DNA of 64,000 bases from Ascidiella aspersa (taxonomy: Eukaryota): contig OZ004613.1 of the NCBI GenBank assembly GCA_963924565.1, forward strand, positions 16,306,001 to 16,370,000, written 5' to 3'. The notes under the pieces were generated by a model. The model was not told the DNA's origin. It saw only the letters and a list, made by a program, of their open reading frames with translations, and did no database searches. The stretch's first letter is position 1. Each line of letters opens with the position of its first letter. Below are positions 1 through 32,225 of this stretch, piece after piece. A program made the translations under genes and the position numbers.

Positions 1-134
1 ATTTGTTCTAATCTTTGCACATAAAACAATTTGCTTGCTATATGTTGCGTTTATGTTATTTCTTATTTGAGTTATTGCTCATAATCGAAGGAGTTTGCCA
101 GTTTTCATAATTTAAAGTTTTATTTTTGTGATAA

Positions 135-285
135 GGGCTTGACTTGAAGTTGACTTGCTCTCACTTTGACTTGACTGGGACTTGACTTGTTATTTATTCA
201 AAAAGACTTGACTTGGACTTGAGTTATTTTACGAATGACTCGACTGGGACTTAAGTCATTTTGAAATGACTTGTTTACAACACTG
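135..285. repeat. GACTT-motif repeat, probably the right end of a non-autonomous DNA element
   Basis: Many gacttgactt/ggacttga units ending in acttgtttacaacactg (hAT-like CAGTG terminus on the minus strand). Confidence 0.55.
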
Positions 286-675
286 ATATTACGTCACAAT
301 GGCCTAAAATCGATGTGATCTTTAGTGCGATAAAGCAGGGCAATGGCCATTCTATATTACAAGTAAGCACGTGTGTTTATGTGCGACTGAGAAACCAAGC
401 TAAAAACGAAACTTATGGTTAACACTTCTAGGTATCGGCTGAAACGCGTCCAAGTATATTCCAAAACAGAGAACACAGTTTTGTGTGTTCGTGGCAGTTC
501 ATTTTTTACAGAGGGTTATTTCGAAACTGATAACTGTAAATTGGTAAGGTGGAATACAGGTTGTAGAGTCTGAGCCGGACTCGCGACTCAATGAAATTGC
601 ACACTTTTACCGGAGTCGGGTTGCTTTTATCCGACTCCGGAGGTTGCCAGTGCAAAACCAAACATAGAAAAATGT

Positions 676-750
676 TTGGCACGCGAGTTGTTGATATTTT
701 GACATTAGTCATAAACTGGCACACTGCATACGAAAGGTTGCCGACCCCTG
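676..750. mobile_element. Solo right end of a hAT MITE
   Basis: Ends in AGGTTGCCGACCCCTG, the same TIR as the elements at 1323 and 3958; no partner end seen. Confidence 0.6.
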
Positions 751-1322
751 ATTTACATGTTACTGAAAAAAATATATATATAAACCCGCCTTACCAAATT
801 TATTTTGTACGTCACGATTGAGTCTGTATGTTATTTATTTTTTGTAAATAGTAGTCTTGATTTGTTGTAAACGGATTAGTAAATCAGTATGTCAACAAGA
901 AACCGCTAGTATAGTCCAGCTGAGCACAACCTGCGACCGTGCACTTGTTTCAGAAAACAAAAAGTGTTAAGAGCCGATTGTTAATACAAACTTTTTGTTC
1001 ACTTTACGCGAAAATTTGTCCTCTGAAACTTGTCTGAAACGACGCAGGGTTTTTATGTTATAGGGCGCTTTAGTATTCAGTAGCTGATCTAGATTGGCTA
1101 ACATCAGCGTCGTCCAAATTGTCACTCTTTCTGTAACCGCAATCTAGCACTGCCCCTGTGTGAATTTGAACTGCCTAAAAAACCCAACTTATGCCAAATT
1201 ATCTATAGTTTAGGCATTATTTGTGTTTGTGCAAATCTATAACGACTTAGCAAAAGACCATTAAACGTGAGTAACAACTATCCCACCTTAAAAACAATAC
1301 AAGCAATTTCATTGCTTTACAG

Positions 1323-1901
1323 AAGGTGTCGGCAACCTTTTTCTAGTCGCGGGCCAAAACCAAAGTCAGAAAGGTCTCTGCGGGCCGCACAAAAATTATT
1401 GAAATGTTAGAACAACTGTAAATCAGGCTGGTCTCGGATTTTTGCACTTAAAGACGTGTTTAATTACATTTCAGGAGGCCGTAAAGTCTTGGCACAAAGC
1501 GCGAAAAACATCGTTTGTTAGGTCTAAAATTGGAGTCCACACATCGTCATTCATATACTAATGAAATGGATAATAAAACTACTTTAAAGAAACGCGATAA
1601 CTTGAATGGGTAAACTAGTTCAGTATTTGCTAAGTTTTACGTCTGGGCGTACCTGGCGAGCGAAGCGAGCGCGATTTTTTTTGGTATACGAGCGTAATTT
1701 TTTTTTTAATTTTTAATTTTTAATTTTTTTTCAATTTTTTTTTGTTACACTGCTGAAAATAATAGAATGTTCAAAAATCTATGTCAAAAAATGTTGAGTA
1801 CGTTTTCTGTTTGTCCGCGACGCACTTGTCAGCCTTCCACGCCACAACGGCAAAGAAGCATTAATCTATTTGAAAAGACAGCATTAGGTTGCCGACCCCT
1901 G
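1323..1901. mobile_element. Non-autonomous hAT (Buster-type) MITE
   Basis: TIRs aaggtgtcggcaacc / ggttgccgacccctg; perfect 8-bp TSD CTTTACAG (1315-1322, 1902-1909). Confidence 0.88.
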
Positions 1902-2934
1902 CTTTACAGCATAAGCACAATATTTCGCGAAACAACAACGCGCATTTTAAAATTGAACCGTGTAAAGGCAACTTTACAGGTTTTTAGGCAAAAATCGCTT
2001 TTGAGTTGACAAATTTAGTTACCTAGAGCCGTAAATCATGACTAAAATGCTGTATCAACATGGTATTGGATCGGCGCCGAAATTACCACGATAACCGATA
2101 ATATAAATTGGCATCGGGCATCGCATAAGATATTAGTGGTCAACCATACTGCCGACCGTGAGAAAAAAACAGGACTGTTTTATGCGGCTGTCAATATCTA
2201 AAAGGTTGAACACTCCTGGCAGAGTCACTTGAAAGTTAAAGTGAGTAGATTGCAAATTTATTTTGTTTTAAAGCAACCTAGATACATAAAGATGCAAACT
2301 ATAAAACCTTTGCGCAGAAGTGCAAAAAAGTTTTTTGTTTGTTTTCGACCAACGTGCTCTCCTACTTGCCTGTTTTACCTTAAGAGGGGCAAGTGACTTG
2401 GATGCACCGTACGCTCTAATGACCTTAAACTTATTCCTGGCAACTTTTCTACTTGGATTTAATGAAATGAAACACTGTGTGCTTTTAGAATTCATGAAAT
2501 AACTACAATTTTTCGTAACACGGGCCTACCAAGTTCGATTCTTCAAAAAAAAATCTGGGCAAAGTTACCGCCATACGATATTCTACCATTCAAGACTTAT
2601 AAAAGGCCATACATGGGTGAGGGTGGATCTATAGGTTCTAGGCCCCTAGAATCTAAGGGTTTTTTGTTATCTCGTCTATTACACATTTTATTTGTGATAC
2701 CGCGCGTAATAAAAACTGTACAGCTACAGTAAACGAATCTATTTTATGCAACTTCCTCGCTTCGCACGAACGCCTTGCCTTCTTGAATGAATTTAGACTC
2801 AATTCAATTTGTACAGTGCGCCGCAAGCAAAAGGAAAAACTAATTTAATCAATAAAACATATATTTTTTACATTCTCATATATTTTGTACTTTAAGCTTA
2901 GCTCGTTAAATTCACAATACTTTCAAGGTGAACA

Positions 2935-3490
2935 CAGAATAAGATCTAAAAAGCAACAATATTTAAATTGGAAATATCTATAATGCCATGTAAGACCACC
3001 GACATAAAAAAGCCAAATTCGCAGTAATAAGCACGACGGAATAAGATCTAAAATCGTCTAGTTATGACCTAAATATTTCGAAATAAGTTCTAAATTAATT
3101 TTATTAAGGCCCAAATGAACAAAATAACTGTAAGGAGAGATTATCGGACGATTAGAGGACACCTGGCTGGCATGTTGGCCATTTTCTGTCAACGTTTGGG
3201 CGCCGCTGTTTTTGCACCGGTTTGGAGGCGGTAATGGTTGGGGTTACCAAATGGGTTAGGGTTAAAAATGTTAGGGGAGTTAGTCATTGTTATCAGTGAG
3301 GTTCGGGGTTAGATAAAAGGTTATAGCCGTTAGGCTTTATTGTGGCCATCTAGCTCTTATTCTGACGACTTTATAGGTCTTATTTCGTTATAGTCGTTTT
3401 TACGACTATTATGTATTAGTCCTATTTACCCATTAGTACTAACTGACTTTTATTCCGAAGTTTATTTTTACTGATTTCTGTAAGGCTGAA
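2935..3490. repeat. Degenerate fold-back/MITE-like repeat with AATAAGA motifs and a TTAGGG-like core
   Basis: aataagatctaaa/taagacc units on the left, ggtcttatt-like inverted units on the right, gggttagggtta in the middle; motif resembles 62790-63040. Confidence 0.45.
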
Positions 3491-3741
3491 GTCCCTTTCA
3501 AGATGTGCAGCTATGAAGCCAATGTAGTAAAAAATTACAAGCAATTTAATAGAAATGCCAGTATACCCCCAAATTTTCGACCTATTGATTTTTTATCGCC
3601 TTGTATCGATAACGTTATGCTTCGCTAATTGATAATTTTTTTAGTTTTTTGGCAATATCCTTATCTCTCAGTTACTTTATTAATATGTCATTTACTGTTT
3701 GAATAAATCAGGTTCTTCGGCAGTCACGGCATAGATTAAGG

Positions 3742-4812
3742 CAGTGGTCTCCAACCTGTGGGTCGCGACCCAAAGTGAGGTCGCCTAAAATTGTTGTTGG
3801 GTCGCCATAACTCACCATATTCCTAATGTTTTAATACGATTTATGTATTTAGTTTTCTTTACAATGAGGTCCCATTAATAAACGTGACTGAGTGCATCTT
3901 CTACATAAAAATTGCTGTTTTTAGCTCCTAAGAGCTGCGTGGCTATATCAGTTAACGCAGGGGTCGGCAACCTTTTTGGCCCTGCGGACCGGTTTGAAAC
4001 TAAAATTTTTTCGCGGACCGGCCTTAAAAAACAACAAATGTTTAAATTTTTTTTTCAATGAATCAATTAAAATGTATACGTTGTTTCGAAAACTTTCCCG
4101 CCTGCATATCAAAATAATGAATCATTTTCCAATGCAACTCATATGGCCACAGCACACTGGTTTGTTTTGAACCTCACGAGTGCTTAATACTAATAGAGAT
4201 TTTTTTATCATACCAGCAATCAACCATGGATCCTGTTTAAACGAAAGTTAATGTGTTTTGAACAGAAAACTGCAATTAATTATTTTTGACTTTATTCTGT
4301 TTTTTTTCCGCTATTTACATACGGTTTGCGTTTAAATCAATTTTTTTATCTGGCAACCCTGCTACGGACCGGTAACGAACTCCTCGCGGACCGGCACCGG
4401 TCCGCGGACCGGCGGTTGCCGACCACTGAGTTAACGTATACATTTGACAAAATTTGTGTTTTTTGATTTAGCGCAGCAAATGTCGCACTTTTTCTAAAAC
4501 CACACCAGGTTACATGTACAAGTGTGTCAAACGTAGACAGTAGACGGAGATGTTTAAAATCGTCCCTCATTTGTAGAATCATAACAAATGCTGTTGATTT
4601 CTAGTAAAACATCCGCGTTTTCTGAGGTTGCATTTCACAGGCCAAATTAGAAAGCATATCCACTTGGAAACACAAACAGGCGAAGAGGCTTATCGCTAAA
4701 AACATTTTTTACTTGTCATTATAAATACATTCCCCTGCGAAGTAGATGCCCGTTCTGCTGCATTCTAGCACTTGTTTTAACATTGCCTATAATTGTCTCT
4801 TGGAGACCACTG
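3742..4812. mobile_element. hAT MITE (outer element of a nested pair)
   Basis: TIRs CAGTGGTCTCCAA / TTGGAGACCACTG; perfect TSD GATTAAGG (3734-3741, 4813-4820). Confidence 0.9.
3958..4428. mobile_element. hAT MITE nested inside 3742-4812
   Basis: TIRs CAGGGGTCGGCAACC / GGTTGCCGACCACTG; perfect TSD AGTTAACG (3950-3957, 4429-4436); gcggaccgg subterminal repeats. Confidence 0.92.
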
Positions 4813-5320
4813 GATTAAGGTAACGTGTCTGCGAGCAGTTTTGAAAGTTCCGATAAACTTTTTGAAATTTCAGTGCTAGTTATACATTTGATTGCCTAAT
4901 TTTGTCACTGGGTACGGCTTAACTGGCCAAGTTAGTTTATGTTGATCTTTTTAGTCCAATGATTAAGGCTTTAAAGAACTCATTGACTGATTATTATAGA
5001 CTGTAAAAGTAACAAAAAATGTAATCTTAAAAATGGCATGTCCCAAAAGAAGAGAAAGTACCAGATAAATTATTTTAATTTTGTATTTACATATCTTATT
5101 GAGAATGGTCTTTGTCTTGACTGATTTATGTGGACCACAAAAATGCAAATAATATTGTGGCACAATATGCTGAAAATCATGGATCACCCTGGCCTAAAAC
5201 TATTATACAACAAAACTATATTAGAGAGTTACATTTCCGTTACTTTGCTTTTCATTGGTTGCAATGAGAAACAACAGACACAATATGTTATGTAATTTAT
5301 CGCTGTTTGTTCATTACCAG

Positions 5321-5443
5321 TGGTCGTCATCACGTGCTCCAATTGCCATAAAAATCACTCGTAGCGACGACATTGAGCATTCACAGGAAGAGGTAGTGAT
5401 TCAAAAACCTGCAGTAAAAGGAATCTTAAAGAAGTCAAAGTAA
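5321..5443 (+). CDS. Possible terminal exon of an unidentified upstream gene
   Basis: ccag acceptor, WSSSRAPIAIKITRSDDIEHSQEEVVIQKPAVKGILKKSK*, AATAAA at 5519-5524; no recognisable homology. Confidence 0.3.
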   Translation, partial: WSSSRAPIAIKITRSDDIEHSQEEVVIQKPAVKGILKKSK

Positions 5444-5774
5444 ATAGGAGCACAACAACCAGCGCCGTAAGGATTGTCGTTGAATGCAATACATCCAATT
5501 TGAAAGCATTTTTTTAGAAATAAAAGAAAACTTTAATCTACACGTGCAACATATTTTTCGCTTTCTAACATTTTGCAAGATAACGTCGGGTTTGGAGAAC
5601 TAAAAATACACCGCATGAATATATGGCTATCGGGTGGCCTAATAAAAATCACTAAAAAGCCCACATTTCGACCGCGATCCACTGTTTGCCATCACTACCT
5701 TCAAGGGAATTTGTCAAATGGACTAGGTTTCGTTCGACTAGTTAGATAGCGTCATAGGTTTACAGTGTATAGTT

Positions 5775-6206
5775 CAGGGGTGTCCAACTCAAACATGCCG
5801 GCGCGCCAATTTTTATCTTATAACTTCTTCCCGTGCCAAAGTTTAGTAATATAATTCGTTTTTTTACAAATAATAAAAACGTGTAGCAGTGCGCATTACT
5901 GCATCTAAATGTCCGTCGGTGAGCTGACTTTTGCTTTTTGTTTCTTCACACCAAACATTATAGTCATGTGAATGCTAGCCTCCACTACAATATAATGTTA
6001 TAGTATTAGAAGTAATTGTTAGTTGTCGTGATTGCAGCGATTGTTATATATTGTGAATAAGCAATGGCAATTTACTGTATAAAAAATTAGGTATTTTTTT
6101 ACAATTGGCTGAATTGCAAATTAAGTAATTTAGGGGGGCTTGCGTGCCATTTTTTATTTGGTCCCGTGCCACATTTGGCACGCGTGCCGCTTGTTGGACA
6201 CCCCTA
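5775..6206. mobile_element. hAT MITE
   Basis: TIRs CAGGGGTGTCCAAC / GTTGGACACCCCTA; perfect TSD GTATAGTT (5767-5774, 6207-6214); cgtgcc subterminal repeats. Confidence 0.9.
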
Positions 6207-6566
6207 GTATAGTTGGTTGACAAATTACAGACAGACAAAATCCTTCAGCTATTTTAACGCCGATCCCTTAAATGATTGAGTATCCGAGTTAGGCGGCAAA
6301 CGCTTGTCTGTTGTCTCCGCATCATCGATCAAAACCTTCCATCAGTTTAGCGGTTTAACCTATGGTGTTTCACAATCAATTGTTCACATTTTTCAAGTTA
6401 AAGAACCAACATGTACATAATCATCCCACCAATGGATTTCTAAGTCTAACATATTTAATGTAAACAAAACTTAAGCAATACTCTCCTTTTCCAGCGGAAT
6501 CTTAGAAGTTGGTTAACAAAATTGCAGTTAGCCGCCGATAACGTCGGCACAAAGTTTTTACTTTAT

Positions 6567-6873
6567 TAAAACCACACCAAGCTACATGTACAAGTGTGTC
6601 AAACGTAGACAGTAGACGAAGATGTTTAAAATCGTCCCTCATTTGTAACATCATAACAAATGCTGTTGATTTCTAGTAAAACATCCGCGTTTTCTGAGGT
6701 TGCATTCCACAGGCCAAATTAGAAAGCATATCCACTTAGAAACACAAACAGGCGAAGGGGCTTATCGCTAAAAACATTTTTCACTTGTCATTGTGAATAC
6801 ATTCCCCGGCGAAGTAGGTGCCCGTTCTGCTGCATTCTAGCACTTTTGTTTTAACATTGCCTATAACTGTCTC
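6567..6873 (+). repeat. ~305-bp direct duplicate of 4495-4799
   Basis: Near-identical sequence from taaaaccacacc to tgtctc with scattered substitutions and one small indel. Confidence 0.92.
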
Positions 6874-9536
6874 CAAAGTTCGGTTATAGGTGAGGAGCAT
6901 ACAACACCCTACATAAATTATTATCTATGTCAACTATATCTATACAGCAAGTTTTTTTTTTATTGTGTTTTTCTGGCGTTTAGTCAAAGCGAACACATCG
7001 CCTTTCTGTTTTTGGACGTACGATCGCGTAGCAATAAGAAAAATCAGTTAATTTTCTGATAAATTTATGTATTTAAATTCTCATATACCCAAAGAAACTC
7101 GCCCGGTGAATACTTTATAGTTGATAAGGGTACAAATTTTCAACCTTTTGGCGTAACCACCTCAGTTGGGTTCGGGCACATAAAACGAAAGCAAACAAAA
7201 ACATAGCCTAAGTTTCTCAACTCTTTTTATTGTTTTGCATTCCACTCGTCGCACAATGAGTTATGCAATATAAAAATGATTCTTGTTTGTTTTCGTCGAA
7301 CAGTTAACTGTTTAACAACGAGGTTTTCGGTTTCCAAACGAACATACTAAACTAGATCAACTATTTTCCACACTGGGGCTATAATTAAAAGCGCAAAAGT
7401 TAAAAGTAAAATATATTTGTAAAATATACAGTAGATACTAGGTGTATCGGATAAAACTGCCTACTAGGCACTTGGTAATACAACACAGATGTCACAAGCA
7501 ATTACATTTTAAGTGAGTCATATTAGTTTTGTGGCATCGCGCGCCAGCCAGACAGAATTGTTCAGCACTTATGAAAACACCTTCATTAAAATTCTTTCTG
7601 GAGAAATCACGCGGTAATCACGTGAATATGCAAGCCACATACATATTGTTAACGAGAATTTGTTTGAATCTTTCCCTGTTTAGCAGACTTAAAAGTCACC
7701 AACATGACTGGAATGTGATATATATCTTCTAAACACCTCCTACAGGATATTGCTGCAGTCGGCAGCGTTATACTGTACATATTTGTTCGGAGACGCGCTC
7801 GATATAAAAGGTGCTAAAACACTTACCTGTTGTTCCATTGGCACCCGTCGAGAATTTTTGCCGTCGGGAATTTTTGATCAAAGGCAAAAAAGATTACAGT
7901 AGGCCGCCGATCTTTTTTTTGTTTTGCAGTTAGGAAGAGTTTTAAGATAAGTTTTAGTTGCCAACTAAGCCTTAAGACGTAACAGGCAGTGACGGGTTCT
8001 TTAATTATGTTATCATGGTTTTAAGGCAGAGATAGAATTGTATGTTTCCCAAAAGTAGGATGTATTGGGGCTACAGAAAGACATTTGTTTTACGAAATCG
8101 ATATTGATGCGCAACATTTAAAATAATTTATACGGACTGTAAATGGTGTGGTTTTCAAGTGATCCAGGTTTACAAACATTTGTTTGTTAAGCGATATCGA
8201 AGTGTTTGTAGTATTATAAAAACTGATGTAAGACGGACTGGTCGAACAGATGGATGATCATGAAAAAACTTGTTTTCGATGAATGCGGCCAGGGCTAGTG
8301 TGTACGATTTATGTTACTAGAAGTACCCAATAACAGTTAGCAGGCAACATTAAATTTAGCCTACTTGCCAAATTCCATGGTTAGCTTTGTCATCTTCAAA
8401 TTTAGGCATAGCGATTACAATTGGATTTTAGCTTTGAGGTGCTTTGCCTTCAGAGACGTCGTAAATTTATAGCTGAAAAGTTTTTTTACAAAAGACAAAA
8501 GCATTTAGCCTTACAAAAGCATTGACCTTATGATTGACTTAGGCCATGAATTTGTGCATTTCTAAGCAGCCTGTTTAAAGGGTCGTTCGAAAATAGCAGT
8601 TTACCCTAAAATTAACTAAACCATGTGAACTCAAGGATTGCTAAGTAGTCTCCTATCCGCCAAGAGTTTTAGAGCAGACCGCATTCTATTTATAGATAAT
8701 TATAATGTGCAATTGTTTACTTGTAATGCGAACAAAGTGGATTTACCTTGTTCAAAAGAAAAGTCACACGCGGTGCGTAGTTATGCTTCCCTAGAGTTTA
8801 ATGGAAAATGAATTATATTTGCCTTGTTGGAAATTCGTATTAGGATACAGTGTTTATAAAAAAAAACTTGGCATGCTGATAAATTTTGTGTAATGCACTG
8901 GTGTACTGCTGACGCTATTTGTTTGTGTGTAGCGCTTAATTTGACTGTTGTTTAAATTCATTCAAGACATAAATGTAATTAGCGTTGAACTATCGATTTG
9001 TCTGTTTGTAGAAGCCCGTAAGTAGAGCTGGTGCCCATATTTGCATTTGCCCTGCTCGCGTGTCTGACTACTTGACTTCAGGGGGACTCACGCGCGTTCC
9101 GAGAAGAAAGCCACATTTTTTTACAAGCCGCAACTACCGGCGCGCCGAGACAAGTATAGTGCGGCAGCCAACGAGGAGAAAACAGCTCATAGCGTAACTA
9201 AAGCTGTTCGACAATTACAATACTTAGAAAAACTGCTCACTGGTGGAAGCTTCTTTGTGAAAAGGAAAACGACAGCAGCTTGAACCAATGGGATACTTTA
9301 CGAGAAAGTTCAATTAATTGCAACTTAGAATGAAATCAACTTTCAACACCAGTTGCTGTCCGGCCAACGTTATTGTTGGTGTAAGAAGTTCTGCGTGCAA
9401 TAAACAGAGTATTTATTGCAAAAACGGACTAATATTGCAAAATTTATTCAATCATTTTCGAATGCAAAGACAGCATAGCAAGGAACTAATGGTAATGCAC
9501 TATGCGAGCATAGGAAAAAAAACTCCATTAGTCAAA

Positions 9537-29061
<19,525 letters not shown>

Positions 29062-29841
29062 CATAGAAATGCTGTTTTTTTTTGCAAAAAAGTACAATGG
29101 GACAACAAATATTACTTCGGCTAAGTGGTGCAAACACTGAAATGTCCAAGTGTATTTTGCTTCACCAAGACTGGAAAATATATGTATTTCATTCCAGACT
29201 GTTTTACTTGCGGCTTGGGAACGGTGAAATAAACCTTAAGGTAGCTTTTTAAAGTTGAATATACCTTTGAAATTTGTTTGTGTGTCACTGCAGTGACTGC
29301 ACATGTGGAACAGCATTGAACACGACAATGTTAAGTTGAATGGTTGTAAATTCTCCCAAATTGGGAGCACATAATTTGTCAACGTGCTGGCGCGTGTTTT
29401 TCGATTGGTGCGCATATGGCAAAGGTTTTTTGTTTCTTGTGGGAATCTTTTATAAATCACCAATTCACGTTTCATTGTACTGCACATTATAGATGTATCT
29501 TAATTCTGCATCCTGCACTACTGAATTTTATCGTGAACCAAAAGTCTTCCGTCTATTACGGTCGTTTACTACTAAATGCACTTGTTGTATATTAGCACGG
29601 CATCATCTGTGATTTACTAATACATTGGTTTTATTCGACCAATTTAGAAGAGTACCTAAAATATCATTATGTCACATTTTGCGTAAATATTCTGTACCTG
29701 TTTTTCCTGCTTACATATCTCCGCTAACCAAGCTTTGCTTCCGCGGTTACTTGATTGATTTAGTAATTTAAATAATATCTGTGTGCACTTTTATTTTGCT
29801 TAACGACACACAATGCCATCTCGCACGCCTGTTATAAGCGC

Positions 29842-29847
29842 AATAAA
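29842..29847 (+). terminator. Candidate polyadenylation signal of Tolloid
   Basis: AATAAA about 780 nt after the stop and just before the downstream repeat cluster; an earlier AATAAA near 29228 is an alternative. Confidence 0.45.
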
Positions 29848-30117
29848 ACTATTATTGAACAAAAATTATTTGGTAGGCAGAGTTTTAAAGCTGCAAACAT
29901 TGGTTAGGTTTCGATGCCAGAGGTTGTGTTTCGATGCCTGAGCTAGTCATTACTATTTGGCGCTTTAATAAGACAATGTTTCCGAAAGCAGTAGAAAATT
30001 GCACCCAAAGCCAGCCGAACGATTTGGGGGGCAAATTGTTTTAACTTGAACTAGTTAAGAGTATTTTGTTTGGGATACCGCCTATTGATGCAAAAAAAAA
30101 GACATGACACGCTATAC

Positions 30118-30190
30118 CAGGGGTCGGCAACCTTTTGCTAGTTGCGGGCCAAACCAAACTGAGCAAGTGCTCGGCGGGCCGTAATAAATT
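30118..30190. mobile_element. Left end of a hAT MITE related to 1323-1901
   Basis: CAGGGGTCGGCAACCTTTTGCTAGTTGCGGGCCAAA..GCGGGCCG matches the left end of the 1323 element; right end not found. Confidence 0.65.
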
Positions 30191-30321
30191 TTCACTGACA
30201 ATTATGTTATAAAAACGTGTGGCTTTCCAGCACTCAGAATTATGGTCGGAACTAAATGTTTTATGCAATTAAATACAAATGTTCATTTTATACTAAAAAA
30301 GTAGCAACGCGCGAAGCGCCA

Positions 30322-30667
30322 ACAGGGGACGTGGTGTTATTTTGCACAATGTGCGCAAAAATGTGCACGCCAAAATGTGCAAAAAATGTGCACACGTTTT
30401 GAACTGCCTTCAAAAATGTGCGCACTTTTTTGAACAATGTTCGCACATTTTGAACTGCCTTCCAAAATGTGCGCACTTTTTTGAACAATGTGCGCACATT
30501 TAGAAGAGACTTCAAAACTTAGAGTTAGGGTTAGAGTGCTGTACTCTAAACTCTAATTCTAAAGTCTAACCCTAACTAACTCTAACCTAAAAATGTGCGC
30601 ACATTTTTTGCACTTTTTTGCGTGCACATTTTTGCGCACATTGTGCAAAAAATGTTCGCATCCCCGT
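30322..30667. mobile_element. Fold-back MITE with long TIRs and telomere-like core
   Basis: ~60-70-bp inverted arms built from aaaatgtgcgcac units, an internal 51-bp tandem duplication, and central TTAGAG/TTAGGG units facing CTCTAA/CCCTAA units. Confidence 0.8.
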
Positions 30668-31219
30668 CTCCTTCAGAGGGCTAACCGAAACCAGTTGGTT
30701 CATCAAGGATTTTAATGCACAAAGCCAGGCTAGAAAAACAACCACAAGCACGCGTCTTTGATTCGTTATTTCAGGTTTTTCTATATTACTTACGTCTAGC
30801 GATGGCTAGTGCACTTTAATTAACAAAAGTTTTCTAATGTAAAAGTGTTTGTCAGCCGTTGATAATTATAATTAGGCTACTTAAGTTTACATGGCGTCAC
30901 CCATTATCATAAGAAAAAGGTGTAATAAAAATACTTTTGTGAAACGAGAAAATATGAGTTGGCCATTTTTTCTTTGTTGATAAGCAAGCATGGCACCTTT
31001 ATTCGGAAGAGTTTCGTATAAGCGCAAATTATATGTAAAAACAAGATTCGCGCGACGTGCGAAAATTGTTGCCCTTGCGTAGTTCAAAAATAGCCAAACA
31101 ATATGGAAAGGGCCTCATGCAGCGGCGCCCGCAGAAAATTTTCCAGGGAAGGGCAATCAGGGGCGTATCCAGAAAATAAAAAGGGGGTCCTAAATTTCCA
31201 ACTTAGGGAATTCCCATAT

Positions 31220-31445
31220 TTTCCGTCTGACGTCACTGAATGGTGATTGCAAGACGTCATAAAAAAACTAATCAGAAACAGCCAAATAACGTCCACCAAA
31301 AGCGAACACTTAGACGCAACGCGAACACATGCGTCGTCGACAATCCTGTCAGGCGCCAGCTGCGAAACCACAGTGTGCAGTCGTTAACTTCAGACGAAAA
31401 AATAAACCAAGACCGTGAAATATGTGTGATTAATTGACGTAGAAT
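31220..31445 (+). promoter_or_regulatory. Candidate CpG-rich promoter with CRE motifs (possibly the Tet distal promoter)
   Basis: Full CRE TGACGTCA at 31228-31235, GACGTCAT at 31253-31260, TGACGT near 31435; CpG-dense; candidate donor GTAAGT at 32142. Confidence 0.35.
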
Positions 31446-32225
31446 CATACATAATTCGACTATTAGCAGCGCAGTTTCCTAAGTTCGCCGAAAAATGTGA
31501 TCATTTTTTTATTGACTTTATTCCATTGGTAAAACGAAGCAGGACTATCCAGTATCCACAAGGCTTTTTGGTAAAATAATTATTCTCCAATGAGTTTTTA
31601 CGTCTGGCCTTCTGGGTGATTTTTGTTGCCGTGTTAAACTTTAGACTAATTAGACTAAGAATTTGGGCACAATATCGAACGATAAACGAGTGTTTTTTTG
31701 TTCTACTTGTCGTATTGCGTAACTTTTGTGACATTCTGTATAAAATTTACCTGTTTTTTGTTTAGAAAAATCTCACCGTTTTGGTAAAAAATGATTCTAC
31801 GATTACCCAATGACGACATATAAAGATGTGTGTGGGTGGCCTATTCTGGTAAAAAGGGTTCACGTGACTGAAGTTTCCATTCATTTGTTTCTATGTCGTT
31901 GGTTTACCCCTGCTGTATGCGAATCCTCGCGGTGGCGCCAAAGATCCTAACAAGATTGATTTGCTGTTTCAATATTTGTTTCTCAAACGCGCGAACGAGT
32001 TGAATTCCAAAACCTTTAACTTTGTTGCGTGGAGTTTCGGATAACCGAGAATTGTGTCAACTGATGCTATTTTCAATTTTGCCGTTTAGAGAAAAAGAGA
32101 ATGCTAAGTGATTGTGAACTGACAAACGTGGGTGTATTTAAGTAAGTAGGAAAATAAAACAGCTTTTAAGATTGTAATTCATAATGTTATTCAACCAAAC
32201 CTACTCTGGATGTCTGGACACTAAT

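Noticed and set aside
30340-30660. CRISPR-like array
   Set aside because: Eukaryotic context; repeats are inverted or tandem modules with no unique spacers and no cas genes.
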